Source: Takakia lepidozioides
Lineage: Eukaryota > Plantae > Bryophyta
DNA: 64,000 nucleotides
Assembly: GCA_030704615.1 (NCBI GenBank)
Contig: CM060734.1
Span: 17,670,001-17,734,000, forward strand
Direction: 5' to 3'
Shown here: in pieces, positions 10,231 to 23,948 of the stretch
Layout: each line of letters opens with the position of its first letter
How positions within the stretch are numbered: the stretch's first letter is position 1
Program-made: the position numbers and the translations under genes
The notes under the pieces: generated by a model
Told to the model about the DNA's origin: nothing
The model's database searches: none
Seen by the model: the letters and a program-made list of their open reading frames with translations, nothing else

Positions 10231-11648
10231 TGGGTCATGAACAACCAGATGTGACAGGCATCTGGTGGGATCCTGGTGGTTGGAGAATTAAAGAATTTGA
10301 TGTGAATCAAATTCCCTGTGGAACTGAGAAGGAAAGATTGTCCAAACAATTCTTTCAGAGGTTCTTGGAATTGCCAAACGGTTGTAAAGAAAACATTCTT
10401 AAGAGAGTACATGATGCTGATCCTGAGTGGGGTCTGGAGAAAGGAGTGATAAAGATTTATCAAGTGGCCTGTAGAGGAAGAGCACGTTGGTTACCAACAC
10501 TGGTTTATGTGATAGCATTGCTATCCATTAAGCGAGTAGAGTTTGAAGGCTGGGAGGAAAAGAAAATAAATGTTTACACTCATATGCATGAAGAGCTTGT
10601 ACTGGTAAAGAATTGGATTCCTAAAGATATCTTGTGGATCAAACTCACACCAAGAACAGCTTTCAGACTTGTTTGCCATATGGTTATATGGTAACGGAGA
10701 CTACTAGTATAGCCAGGGGTGCATTGAAGCTTGAAAGAAATCCAGACATATACGAGAGATACTACAAGAGAGAGTTTTGGTTATTGCCTCATTGAAGATA
10801 TGAAAGACATGGGACATGAGTGATGAAAGAGAAGCTAGACTCTAGAGATATTCAGCAAAGAGGGAAAGTTATCTGAAAGCTAATTATCCATATCTTTGGG
10901 AGAAAGGAATAGACATAGGGGAATCATCTGGACCTCTCACACCATTAAGATCAGAGAGTACATCACCCATACTGGAAGAACTAGAGTTGGATGCTACTCC
11001 TTCTTATTCTTTGCATGAAAGATTAAGGGAATTGGTACAGGAAGAAGATCAACCACGAGGTGAAAGATCTGAGGTACATCCCTGGATAAAAGATTTGACA
11101 GAAATCTTTGATAAGAGTTGGCATGGAACACCAAAAGCAGGAACTCCAGTTTCTGAAACGGAAGATGAAGAAGGAGGAGAGGATGTGGCAGAGCCAACGG
11201 AAAGTTCAGACTCTCCAACACCATTGCAATTGAGTTACATGAGTGAAGAAGAAGAAACCCAAGGGCAGAACTTGGAAGATGAAAACAGAGAGAAGAAATT
11301 GGAAGATGAAGAATATGAAGAAGTAGACCCAACAGCTGAGGTTGAGACTACAACCAGGACATCCCAACCCGTTGGACCTGGATCAAGTGGAGCACTTGGA
11401 TCATAGGCCAACGAAGGTGTCGGCTCAGGGGGATCAGGCGGGCAGCCTGGATCTGGCTCTGGGGGGACAAGGAGTGTGGGAAGTAGTGCAACTGGAGCTG
11501 GAATACTGTGAATATAGTGGGGCCAGTAGCAGGGAGTGCTTAGGGGCCAGCACTTGGTGGAAGTTCCACCACAACTACAACAGGTCCTCAAGGACCAGCA
11601 CCAGCAAGGGGGCCAGCACCTGTCAGTGGGCAGGGGGTAGGGCCACAG

Positions 11649-13834
11649 ATGGTGTTACAACCAACACGGGCAAAACCACCTTTTCCAATATATTCAGGAA
11701 AAGAGGATCCTGATGTACACATTATCCAATTTGAGCACATGTGTATTGTGAACAATGAGAATGACGATGATGCCAAGATGAGACTGTTTCCTTGTTCACT
11801 TATAAAGAAAGCAAGTGAATGGTATGCAAGATTCCCTGATAATCATTTCCTAACCTGGAATGGCTTAAATACAACATTCCGAAATAGGTTCAGGACAAGT
11901 AAAACTGAGGATGAAGTGTATGGAAGTTTACGACAGTTAAGCAAAAGAAACATGAAACTGTTGAGGAGTATATGGAAAAGATGGAATTGATGATGAAAAA
12001 GTTGGCTGCTGTACCAGCGCCAAGATTACAGAAAACTTGGTTTGTGAGTGGGCTAAGACCAGAATTGCAAAAGAAAGTGGATATGCTACCCCATAATACG
12101 GTGGAGGAGGCATTTGAAACAGCTAACAGAATTGAGCAATTGGGAATGCTCAGGAGAGAGAAAAGGGATGATGAGGACTCTGAGGATGAGTCAGATGAGG
12201 AAGAAGAGCAAGAGCTCAAGTGGAAGAGTAAGAGGAAGGAAAAGTTGAAGAGGGATAACTATGAGAAAAGATTGGAAGAAATTTTAAAGAAGTATGCCAC
12301 AGAGGCTGCAACACATTGGAGGAAGGGTGTTTGGTGTGCAAAATGCCAGAATGAAGGCCATACCACAGCTGAATGCCACATGAAGGAGAAACACTGTACT
12401 ATCTGTAAAATGGATAACCATTCTACTGAGAATTGTTACTACAACAGAAGAACAGCTGCAAGAGAACCTAGGCAAGTAAGGGTGCATCAAGTGCAGCCCC
12501 AGCCAAGAAGAAACAGTGAACAGGACCACTATGGAAGGCTTGGTGGTTATGACAATGGTATCGAAGGGAGAGGTAATCCAAGAGGGAATTACCAAGGCAA
12601 TCCTAGAGGCAACTATCAGGGTAATCCAAGGGGGAATTACCAGCCAGGGAATCAGGATTATAGAAACAATCCCAGAACAGACCAAGGGCGAGGACCTAAT
12701 GGGGAAGAACTGTGTTACTATTGTAATCAGGCAGGACATCGTAAGGCAGCCTATCCATTCTGGATCAGACACCAGAATGAGATGAGAGCTCCTATGAATG
12801 AGGGCCTAGTGGTGGCAGCTCACATGGTTAGGCCATGTGTTGTACCAGAAGTAGGTACAATGATAGTAACCAGAAGCAAAGCTAAATTAATACCTCCAGT
12901 AGATGAGGAAGGTGATGATAATGAAGATGGCAGTGATGTGCCTGAAGATGATGAGGCTTGGAGAGATGAGAATGAACTGCATAAGGAAGTGGCAGATACC
13001 ATAAGGAAAATGCAGAAGAGTACTGATATCCCTATGGCAGATTCTTCTGATTCTGGAAGAGAAGATGAAGAGAGTGAGGATGAAGGAAAGAAAGAAGCTG
13101 CAGAAGTGCAGAGTAATGAAGGGACTTTGGCTGAAGTAATATGCCAATCCAAAGCGGAGATTACCATTGGACAACTATTGGCTATGGCACCTCATTGTAG
13201 GCACAGGCTGTATCAAGCAATTAATCAGATTGCTCATGTGACAGGGAACACAGACCTGAACAGCAAGGTGACAAGCTATACTGTGAAGCCGGAAGGGCAA
13301 GAAACAGTCATGGACTTTGATGATTCTATGCCAGTAATCCAATTGAGAATTAGAAGCACAGAATTGACTGATGTACTGATAGATGGAGGCTCTGGAGTGA
13401 ATGTCATAACAGACCAATTAAGGCAGAGGCTTGGTTTAAGTAACATGAAACCAGCCCCATTCACAGTAACAATGGCAGATCAAAGAAGTGTTCAGCCATT
13501 GGGTTTGATAAGAGGAGTTAAGATACAGATTCAAAAGATGATCTTTAAGATCACAGTGACTGTGTTGAAAATGGATGATGTCATAGAAGCTTACTCCTTA
13601 TTGCTGGGTCGACCATGGCTGAAACAGGCCAAGGTATTCCATGACTGGAATTCCCAGTTACTAACTGTGCATGATGGGAAGCACAAGATACAAATCACCA
13701 CAAAGAAATCTAGTAGACTACCTGCTATGAAAAGACCTCGGGGAGTCAGAGAGTATGACTGGAGGAGAGGACTTGATGAGGAGCAGGAAGCTACCCTGTT
13801 CGCTGCACACCCGAAGTGGGAGCAGGTTGCATAA
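11649..13834 (+). pseudogene. gag and protease of the Athila-like element (frameshift near 11945)
   Basis: FPIYSGKEDPDVHI...LFPCSL...ASEWY capsid motif; zinc knuckles CAKCQNEGHTTAEC, CTICKMDNHSTENC, CYYCNQAGH; protease VLIDGGSGVN and LLLGRPWL. Confidence 0.92.
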
Positions 13835-16800
13835 ATGCAACTGGAGGGCCTAAGTTGTTTAAAAGGTATCTGTTGTGGTGTAGTGACAACAACACCAATT
13901 GAGGGTGAAACAAGTAGTTACCCACCATATTTCTATGAAGAAAGAGAGCGAGAAATGGAAATCCTGGAAGAACCAGCTACTGTGAGTTTACATGATGAAG
14001 TAGTGACTGGTTGGACAATCACAGCTGATGAGCAGGTGAGAGAAGTGAATGTGGGAACTGAGGAGGAACCGAGAATGGTGAAAGTAGGGGCTGACTTGGA
14101 GCCAGAATTCTTTGAGGAAGCTAAGAGTCTGTTCATCAAATACAGAGATATATTTGCTTGGAGCTACGAGGATCTGAAAGGGATACCCCTTGAGATCTGA
14201 CAACATAAGATTGAACTGGAACCAGGGTCAGTACCAATAAAACAGGCAAGGTATAGAATGAATCCCAACTATGCACAGAAGGTTGGGGAAGAGATCAAGA
14301 AGTTGGCTGAGGCTAAGTTTATATACCCGATAGAGTATACAACTTGGTTGTCACCCATTGTGATAGTTCCCAAGAAGAATGGTAAACTGAGAGTTTGTGT
14401 GAACTATAAGAAGTTGAATGCTTGTACGAAGAAAGATCCTTTCCCTTTGCCATTCACAGAAGCGGTATTGGACACTGTGGCAGGCCATGAGATGTACTCA
14501 TTCATGGATGGCTTCACTGGTTATAATCAAGTGCAAGTGGTAGAAGAAGACCAAGGAAAGACAGCTTTCATCATAGACTGGGGTGCTTATGCATACAAAG
14601 TCATGTCTTTTGGACTTTGTAATGCACCAGCAACCTTTCAAAGAGTGATAAGTGAATCTTTCCATGAGTATCTGGATGATTTCATGCAGGTGTTCTTAGA
14701 TGATTTCAGTGTGTACAGCTCTAAGAGTGAGCACTTGCATAAACTGGAGTTATGTTTGGCCAGATGCAGGATGAGAGGTCTTGGCCTGAATCCAGAGAAG
14801 TGTACTTTCTGTATGAACTCAGGGGTACTTTTGGGACACATAACGTGTAAGATGGGACTTCTTGTGGATCCCAGAAAAATAGAGGCCATTAAAGTCTCTC
14901 CACCAGTAAATGTTAAGAGTCTAGGGAGATTCTTTGGACAAACCAGTTATTACAGAAGATTTGTCAGACGGTATGCACAGATAGCAGCACCATTGAGCAA
15001 GCTTCTGAAGAAAGATGCAGTGTTTGTATGGACAGCTGAATGTCAAAGGCTTTTGAGGAGCTTACATTGTCAGTAACAACTACACCTGTACTGATTAACC
15101 CCCACTGGCATGTAGTGTTTCATGTTCACTGTGATGCCTCAGGAGAAGCATTGGGAGCAGTATTAGCCCAAAATGTTACAGGAAACATAGATTCACCTGT
15201 GTATTATGCTAGCAGGTTGATGAACAGTGCTGAAATGAACTATAGCACAACTGAAAGAGAAGCACTGGCAATGATTTATGCAGTCAAGAAATTCAGACAT
15301 TACCTATTGGGAAGGAAGTTTATGTTTTATGTGGATCATCAGGCTCTGATATATCTGGTGAACAAACCTTTGATAAGTGGAAGGATAGCAAGGTGGTTAA
15401 TAATCTTGCACGAGTTTGAGTTCGAGGTTGTTTACAAGCCTGGTTGTCTGCATCTTGTGGCAGATCACTTGGCTTTACCTTACACTATGGTAGGGGACAG
15501 AATGTATAAGCTAGGACCTGATGGAGTACTTAAACGATGCTTATACCACCATGAAGTAAATAAAGTTTTGGAAGAAGTTCATAAAAGAGTGGCTGGAGGT
15601 CATTTTGGAGAAGAGACTACCAGTAGAAAGATCCTACTTGCAGGGTACTGGTGGCCTACTTTGTTCAAGGATGTACACAAGTATTGTAAGAGTTGTGATG
15701 AGTGTCAGAGGCTAGGACCATTGCAGAGATCTGGAAAGATGGCTTTGCATCCTACGATGCCTACTAAACCATTTCAGAAATGGGGACTAGACTTTGTTGG
15801 ACCAATTAACCCGCCAGCCAGAAATACACAGAACAAATACATAATCACAACCACTGATTATACTACAAAGTGGGTGGAAGCTAAAGCTCTGAGGGACAAC
15901 ACAGCTAAGTCCACAGCAAGGTTCTTATATGAGAACATACTTACAAGATTTGGCTGCCCCCTGGAATTTATCAGTGACCAGGGAAATCACTTCATTAATG
16001 AGACCATAGAATTATTGACTAAAGAGTTCATGATTGCGCATAGAAAAAGTACAACCTATTACCCACAGGGTAATGGGCAGGCAGAAGCCACCAACAAAAT
16101 ACTATGTACTATCTTGGCTAAGATAGTCAATGCGAACAGAACAAATTGGGATACAAAGCTGCTAACAGCTTTGTGGTCATACATGACTTCATATAAAGTC
16201 ACCACTAAGTATACACCATTCCAGTTAGTTTATGGTATGGAAGCTTTACTTCCAGTGGAATTCTTGTTACCTACTATGAGAACTGAATGGGGAAGGAGAA
16301 TGAAATTGGAAGATTCGATTAAAGTCAGGAAACATGAATTATACCATGTGGAGGAAGTACGTGCTGATGCAGCAGATAACATGACCAGAATTCAGATGAA
16401 GAGAAAGGATCAGTTTGATGAAGGTAAATTAAAGACTTTTAAGACGGGAGTTTTGGTACTGTGGTTGCAGAAGAAGGGGAAGATCAAAGCTTCTAAGCTT
16501 AAATCACCATGGAAAGGACTTAATGTCATACAGAAGATGTATGATAATAACACCGCCATGTTACAAACCATTAACAAAGAAATACTGGGAAGAGTCAATG
16601 CCAATAAGTTGAAGGGATACAGTGGTATCCATGACAAACCATTGCAGCACCATTTGCATGTTGAAACACAAAAACAGTCATGGGCTGCGCCGGTGCTACC
16701 AATGGAGTATGGAGCACTTGTCATTAAGCCGAGCGTGTATGACCAGGGCGGGAAGTACAGGTGTTCGTATAGCTATCACAGCCCATCACTGTGTCACACA

Positions 16801-17022
16801 ACCTATCACAGTTCACCACAGTCTGACACAACCTGTCACAGCCCAAGACAGTCCATGCGGGTTACACAGTCCATAGGGTCAGTGACAGGTGGACGCGGGT
16901 TAACGCCAGAAAAGTGGCCGTCAAGTGAAAGAGAAGTTTGGAAGTCAAACTCGGAGAATGTGCCACGCGGACAGGGGAAGTCGGAGGCATGTCTAAAAAC
17001 GAATACGTGGCCACTAGGGTGA
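13835..17022 (+). pseudogene. pol (RT, RNase H, integrase) of the Athila-like element, disrupted
   Basis: KKDPFPLPF, MDGFTGYNQ, FLDD; HCDASGEALGAVL; GGHFG...CDEC, WGLDFVGP, ISDQGNHF, NGQAE; stops at 13832 and 14198, deletion near 15470. Confidence 0.95.
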
Positions 17023-17341
17023 AGCACACCGCTGTGCATATATTGCAAAAGTGGGTATCATAATGCAAGAGGACAAATCGGGCCGTCAAAGTACCTACCC
17101 GGTACATCAGCCAAAACTATTTGTGGGCCCATTAATGCATTCAGGGCAGGGGTAACGGAACCCTTTCCGAGTACATAAAATAGGGACTTTTGCCACATGT
17201 GCTGTCCTACTGGACATTCCAGGTGGGAATGTCCACGGAGGGGGGTAGAATCAAAAAGTTACCTAAGCAGGCAACAGCCAATCAGGAGCGAGAATTTCAT
17301 GCATCCCTCCAAGAAACAAAGAACAAGAAATTGGAAGAGTT

Positions 17342-18901
17342 ATGAGCGGAAGAGTCGGGGTGGCTCCGAATAGCCCGTGTCTCAACGGGAGGGGCATTCA
17401 AAGCTATAGCTTTGTAGCTATGGCGGATATAACGGATTACACGCTCGCTTTACTTCTCACGCAGTGGCGCAAGGACGGACGAATTGAGAGTACATTCTCT
17501 CTCACTCGATACTTGCAAGCCCCACAGGCTTACACGCACTTACCTGTTCCATTCTGTGCCAACCATACCTTTATGCTCTGTGCCCTGCAAACTTTCCTTC
17601 AGCTATCTCAAACAAGGCCTTTTTGTTTGTCTAGAATGAAGAGAGTGAGGGGAATGGAGGATATCAGGGTGAAGAACACCACGATTTTGCAGAAGCAAAC
17701 AATTGTTACACCGCAGGCAGTGCAGCTGCTGAGGGAGTTGCGATTGGAGGGGCTGCTACGCAATGACTGCTCCTTGCATCATCGACAGTATATGATTCAA
17801 TTTCTTCAGAACTTTGAGCCTCGGACAGGAGTTACCCAGGTGAGGGGAGTAGATATAGAAATTACTCCCCAGTACTTGCAGCAATTGTTTGATTTGCCAT
17901 CGGGTCATGTGGATGTGGATGAGCACGGGGCAAGATTGCAGATAGGGAATTTGTTCCAAGAAAGGAGTTTCTTTAAGACTCAAGGTTACGCTTGTACCAA
18001 AGCCGAGTATCCAGGGCTCAGAGAAGTTGGCCAAATATTGAACGTTCTGTTTGCAATGAAACAGAACCAACAATATTTGAGCAGGTCATTCACAGAGGAG
18101 ATCCTGAAAGCTTTGAGGGGAGAGGATGTAGCTTGGGCAGAGTTAATGCCAACCTCAAGTTGCAAAAGAATTGGAGGACACAAAGGCTGCCTTGCACATG
18201 GCTGAGGGGAATTTGATTGAAGCAGGTCTCGAGGAGGAGAAGTTGCATGAAGCACATAAACAACAGTTATACCAATTACAAGTGAAGCATGAGGACAAGT
18301 TGCAGGAAGTGAACGTGCTACATACAAAGTTGGAGGTAGTTCATCAAAGAATGACCATACAGTGTGCCACACTAACAACTGCTCTGGAGCAATTTGCATT
18401 AGAAGTTAACAGACAAGGGGAGGGATGTATGATGGCAAAAGCTGAATAGAGCAAGGAAAACTCATTGTTGATTTGACGGCTACAATCTGTCGCAATGATA
18501 ATACTTTCCAACAGTACAGTCAGGTTGAGGCTGACCAGGAGAGGTACATCCTGGAGTTGCAGCAAACAGTCATGGTCAATAGAAATGAACTCTCTGTGGC
18601 TAACAAGGCTTGGAAGGAAGCCAATAATTTGACTGCTGCCTATGCGGGTCTAGTTGAACCTCATGCGAAATGCATGGAGGCTTTACAGCAGCAGTTAGAT
18701 GTGTACAGACTCAAGGAGGAGCAGACTCTCAGGGGTTCCACACAAGACTTGGTGGATAATCACCTTATGCAGGTATGGTTAGCACAAGGGCCGGTAGAAG
18801 GCAAAACACCAAGGAAGCTCACCCATAGTAATAGTCTTGATAATGATAATAGTCATGGAATAATGTCATGGAATAATATCATGGAGTGGGTCTTGGAGTA
18901 G
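17342..18901 (+). pseudogene. Additional 3' ORF of the Athila-like element with coiled-coil-like tail, frameshifted
   Basis: ORFs 17342..18205, 18171..18449, 18473..18901 downstream of integrase; N-terminus conserved in the inverted copy at 7132-7490. Confidence 0.6.
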
Positions 18902-20296
18902 AGATAATTGTGTAGAATTGTTAGAGGAAAGTAGCGCCCGCTTGAGATGAGGAGAGAGAGAGATTGCCACTTTGTCCCCATTGCATGATGAGAGAGAGAC
19001 GTGGGTGCTCGATATTCCGTGTTTGGGAGAGAGCCTGTAAAACAGAAATGAGAGTCAGATTGGTGGACAGGCGGTGCAAAGCAGATATGGGGGGTTACAT
19101 TCTAAGGCGAGACATTGTCATACAGATTGAGGGAGGGAAGCATGCTAGTAGGGCAGTGCCTAATATGGAAAGAGCAATGCCAGCAGATGGTGGTACAATT
19201 AGTGTTAGTATGAGAGAGGCGAGTATAACACGACTGAGACGGGTGGAAGCTGATAGATCCAGATGGCCCATGGTTTGGGGTATGGTAAAGAGCAGACAGT
19301 GGGTGTATCGTAAAAATAGACCAGGTAATTGAAGAAGGGTCATGCAACATACAAGAGAATGGTGTGGGGGGATGAGTGCTCGGTGAGGTGGAGTGTGTAC
19401 CAATGCATCCATTGTGTTTCAGTGTGTGGGCAGCTCGGTGATTTGTACCTGGGGAAGAGGGGCAGAGTACCCTGGGTGATGACTGGCGGGGGGCAGCGGG
19501 TTATGATGGCTGGTCTCGAGCAGCAGGATGTCTCTGGGGTGCATGCAATTGATCTAGTTGATTGATGGGATGCCCGTTGAAATTGAAGAGACATCTGCAG
19601 CATGCCCACTGAGAGTCAGTGGATGATATTGCTTTATGAATGGTACGGTATTGCAGCAGCCGTCTATTCATGAAGAAGAGGAAGAAGGAAGAGGGAGGGG
19701 GGATGGGTGAGTGTTCTCCCTGGGTATAAAGTGGTCGTGGGACGATTTGAGATGCATGTGAGGCCGCTTCTGGGAGCCTTTCCATAGCCCTTGGGCATTG
19801 TTGATGGCAGCAGCAGCGTGTGGTGCGAGGCCCTTGTCAGAATTGTGGCACCACCAAGGGGAGGTTGTCCAGTCCGGGTGTCTCTTTCTGCCCGTGAGCA
19901 GCAGTCCGTAAGGTCTTATCTCCCAGTCGAAGCCTGAGGACGGGGTTGGGGAAGTCTCCATGTCGAGGGGCAACGGCCATGTGTTGAAGTAGCTGCTGTT
20001 GCCTGTAGCTAGCGGCCGTCTTGCAGTACCCGCTTGCAATTCCCGCATGGTGGTGTGCCCCATCACATACTTGTGGGCACTGATTGCCAAGGGCAGGGGC
20101 CTCTGGCCAGTGAGGGTCGCAGCTACTGTGCGATAAAGGGGAATTGGCCTGTAGAGACGCTGGGGCTTGGAGGGGCGCGTCCATGGGCTGCAGGCCCTTG
20201 CACCAGCCTAGGGGTAGGAGTAGGAGGGTACCCCACACGCCGATATGGAATGCGACAAGTCCCGAGGGAGGGAAGAGCTCGGCGGGGGCATGACAG

Positions 20297-23010
20297 TCAT
20301 GAGCTGTCCCATGCATTTGGACTGCAGTTGAACATGAGCCTGTCCGGCATGACCCCTTCTGGTATCAGTTGTTCATAGATCTCAAGAGCTTCCCTATCAC
20401 AATCACACTGAGCATGCCCTGTAATCATGGCGTTCCAGTAAACCGCACCATGTTGCACCATATCGTCAACTTGACAAACAGCCACAATGCTTCCTACCCC
20501 TTCCAGTATCAACTGTTCACAGGTCTCAGGAGCCTCCCTACCACACCCATACTGAACATACGCTGCAGCCGTAGCGTTCCAAGAGAACATATTTTGTTCA
20601 GCCATCATGTAAAAGTCTGGACGGGCAGTGCTTACAATCCCACACTTTGCATACATATTAGTGAGGATAGACTCCAGATTAACATCTGATGCACTTACAA
20701 CGTCGATAATGTCATTGTGGGCCTCTTTGCCCTTTGTTGTGGCTATCAGTCTGGCACAGTCATTGAGAACGCAAACAAATATGACTTTGTTGTGTGTCAC
20801 TCCTTGTATTGTGTGCACGTAAATCTCTAAGGCCTCCCTCCCAAACCCATGCTTGAAACATGCTGCCACCATTATAGTCCAGGTAAACACATCCCGGTCA
20901 GGCATTTTGTCAAGCGCTTGGCGAGCACCCACCATGCTGCCGCGTATGTCACACTTGGCATACATGTTGACAGGGGTTTGTCTCTCTGCCTCTAGTATAG
21001 TCTGCTGCTGTTTCTGCTGCAGCTCTCTCTCTCTTTCATTACAATTCCAGCTCTGACGAGGTCGCCATGGACTTCTTTGTCCTTTACCCGAACTGCCAGG
21101 GCAGTGTTCAGAATGACATTTGGTACAGCTCCAGCTTGGATGATGGCAGCAAGCCCACCTCTTGCATACTTACATGTCCACCAGGGTATTGTTCAGAGTG
21201 ACAGTTGGTACAATTCCAGTTTTGAAGGTGTCGCCCTGGGCCTCGTTGCCCTTTTCCAGATCTGCCAGGGCAGTGTGCAGAATGGCATTTGGTACAGCTA
21301 CAGCAAAAAAATTTGCATACATGTTTACCAGGGTATTGTTCAGAATAACAGTTGGTACACTTCCAGCTCTGAGGAAGTCGCCATGGACCTCATTGCCCAC
21401 TTCCAGTTCTGCCAGGGCTGTGTGCAGAATGACATTTAGTACAGCTACATCAGAACCTTCGAGCATCACATTCCACGACACCATATCTCGTTCAGTCATA
21501 GTGTCAAACACTATCTTTGCATCCTTGATGCTTCCCAGTGTTTTTTTTTTGGGCGAAAAATCGCCAAATGGCAACCTCAAAACATTAAAATGGAATATTT
21601 TGTCATAAATTCCTTGTTTTTTTCATGGATGAAATCGCCAAACTTCTACAAAGAAAAAACAATATGGATGAATTTGCCAAATATGGATGATATAAATGGA
21701 TGAAAGTACATATGAGGACGATTCTATCCAAATTTTCAATGGATGAACATAATATATAGCTATTTCTTGTAGCCACTCGTGCTATTTTTCAAATTTAAGA
21801 AAAAAATCACTGATGCTTCCACATTTTGCATACGTGTCCACCAGGGTATTATTCAGAATGACAGTGGGTACAATTCCAGCTCTGAAGATGTCGCCATGAA
21901 TCTCCTTGCCCTTTTCCAGATCTGCCAGGGCAGTGTGTAGAGTGACATTTGGTACAACTGCAGTAGAATCTTCAAGCATCGCATTCCACAATACCGTATC
22001 TCGTTCTGCCATAGCGTCAAACACACCCTTTGCATCCTCAATGCACCCGCATTTTGCATGCATGTCCGCCAAGGTATTGTTCAGGAGGGCAGTTGGTACA
22101 ATTCCAGCTCTGGAGATGTCGCCATGGACCACTATGCCCTTTGCCAGATCTGCCAGGGTAGTGTGCATAATGGCATTGTAAACAACTACAGCTTTGATGA
22201 TGTAATCAGGTACATCTTTGCGCTTTCCCGTGGCAGCTAGGCTCTTGTGGTGTGTCGGGGAGCTGTGGATGATGAGCAGAACTGAGTGAAACAGAGACGA
22301 ATTGAGGCATAGAGGCAGAGAACCTTGTGTGTGCTTGAGCAAGTAAAAGAAGGGTGTGGGATTTTTGCACCTTGTGGGATAATATCCGTGTCTAGGTAGA
22401 TATAACCTGCAGGAAGCATGCTGTCGTGATACAGCAGCGTGCAAGGATGTGGTCTGGCAGAGCTTGATGGACAGGCTGGGTGAAGAGCTGGCTGTATTGC
22501 ACCCGCTCCAGTCGGCGCTACCACCACCTTCGATTTTAGGATACAGATCATGCCACGGTTCCCTGGGGCCTTCTCTCACTGCTCCAAACCCCGCATGGGC
22601 CATACTCCCACACTTCCCGTACCTGCGGAAGGGGGCGTTTTCCATGGTGACACCGGACTTGTTGGAGACGAGTGAATGTCCAGGGTTGCTACTGGAGGAG
22701 GGGTGGCGTACAACATTGAAGCACCTGCAACTGCAACATTTTCTGTGAGGGTCACTGTGCCATCTAACGCACTGTCCATGATTGGGCTGGGTGGAGTTTT
22801 TGTGAAGCCAATAGCCCGCACCTGGTTGGAAGTTCGTGCTGCTATCTGTTTTCAGATAGTCGCTGCTCGTTGTAGCGACGTTTTGTGCAGGCATGGAGCT
22901 CAGGCCCCTTTGCCACATGGCATACATGTCCACGGGGGTGTTGAGTAGATACACATGTAGCTTGAATTCGCTTCTTGTGATATGGGCAAGCACCTGCTTC
23001 CCCTCTGTCG
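20297..23010 (-). pseudogene. Degenerate PLS-class pentatricopeptide repeat (PPR) gene fragments
   Basis: MYAKC...ARQALDKMPDRDVFTWTIMV...GREALEIY; NNTLVDTYAKCGSI; DAKGVFDAMAERDTVLWNAML; motifs truncated, duplicated and mixed with unrelated sequence. Confidence 0.85.
21536..21812. mobile_element. hAT-type MITE, 277 bp
   Basis: TIRs CAGTGTTTTTTT / AAAAAAATCACTG; perfect 8-bp TSD ATGCTTCC at 21528-21535 and 21813-21820. Confidence 0.92.
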
Positions 23011-23948
23011 ACGGATTGGCTCGTTGAGAGGCTGGGTATGGGGCAGCGACCCTTACAATCGCTTTAACAAGAATCACGATTTGTTGTGCTACCTTGACCA
23101 GCACTGGTCGAGCAGCCTCCGGATCTGAGGGTGGTGCCATACGTTGAGAGGGGAAAACACGGGGGGGAGAGGGGTAGCTCACGTATTGATGTAGCTGCCG
23201 CTGAGAAGAATGGGGAAGGTGTGTGCCTGCATTAGTGTTGAACTGATTCGAAGAGCAGCACTGGGGGCAGCCGTCATCGGATGTTGCCATTCAACACGAG
23301 CCTCATACCCGCTCTTGGTTGGCTGGAACAGAGTGGCCGGTGGAGTCCGTTGCGCCGGGGGTCCCGTGCATAGCTCCAGCCTTCGCACACACATGGTGTG
23401 GTGCAATGTAGGGATAGACTCATCCGTGAAAAAGCGCACTGGGGTTGATATGTTTAATCTTGCGCTGGTCAGTTCGGGACTCCAGGGGTGGGGGCTGGCT
23501 TGGGCAGCAGTGAGAAGTAGCAAACTGAGCAACACCTGTAGAGATAAAGAGATGGAATGAGAGATCTGCATCCTGTTGAGGGTACCAAGTACCTTGTAGT
23601 GGTGATTAGTCAGTAGAGTCGGCTCTAAAAAGATCAATAGAGAGCTTAAAAGATGCGCAAGGGGACGGGTGTAAGAGGTAATGATAGAACGAGAGATGAA
23701 ACGACGCAAGCGTCTTGTAAAGGCACCATGGGCAAGCGCAGGAGCTACGGCGGCGATCATGGCTAACTGTAGAGAGTCGGACAAAGTAGCGGCACTGCTA
23801 AACAGGAGAACTGAGAAGACGAGAAGATTAAAAATTTGGCGGAACCCTATATGGTTAGTCATAGCTAAAAACGTTACTAAGACACAGCCAAGATCATGGC
23901 GGGAGGGTGGAGCGCCGCTCCGCCCCTATCCTCACTCCAACTCTGACA

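Larger units (their letters stand above)
9314..18918 (+). mobile_element. Athila/OTA-like non-chromovirus Gypsy element, 5' LTR to 3' ORF, 3' LTR missing
   Basis: LTR, PBS, gag, PR, RT, RH, IN and extra 3' ORF in order; several stops and frameshifts. Confidence 0.9.

Noticed and set aside
21782-23862. 502-aa and 227-aa ORFs as functional genes
   Set aside because: Patchwork of PPR remnants and unrecognisable sequence; the first ends inside the MITE
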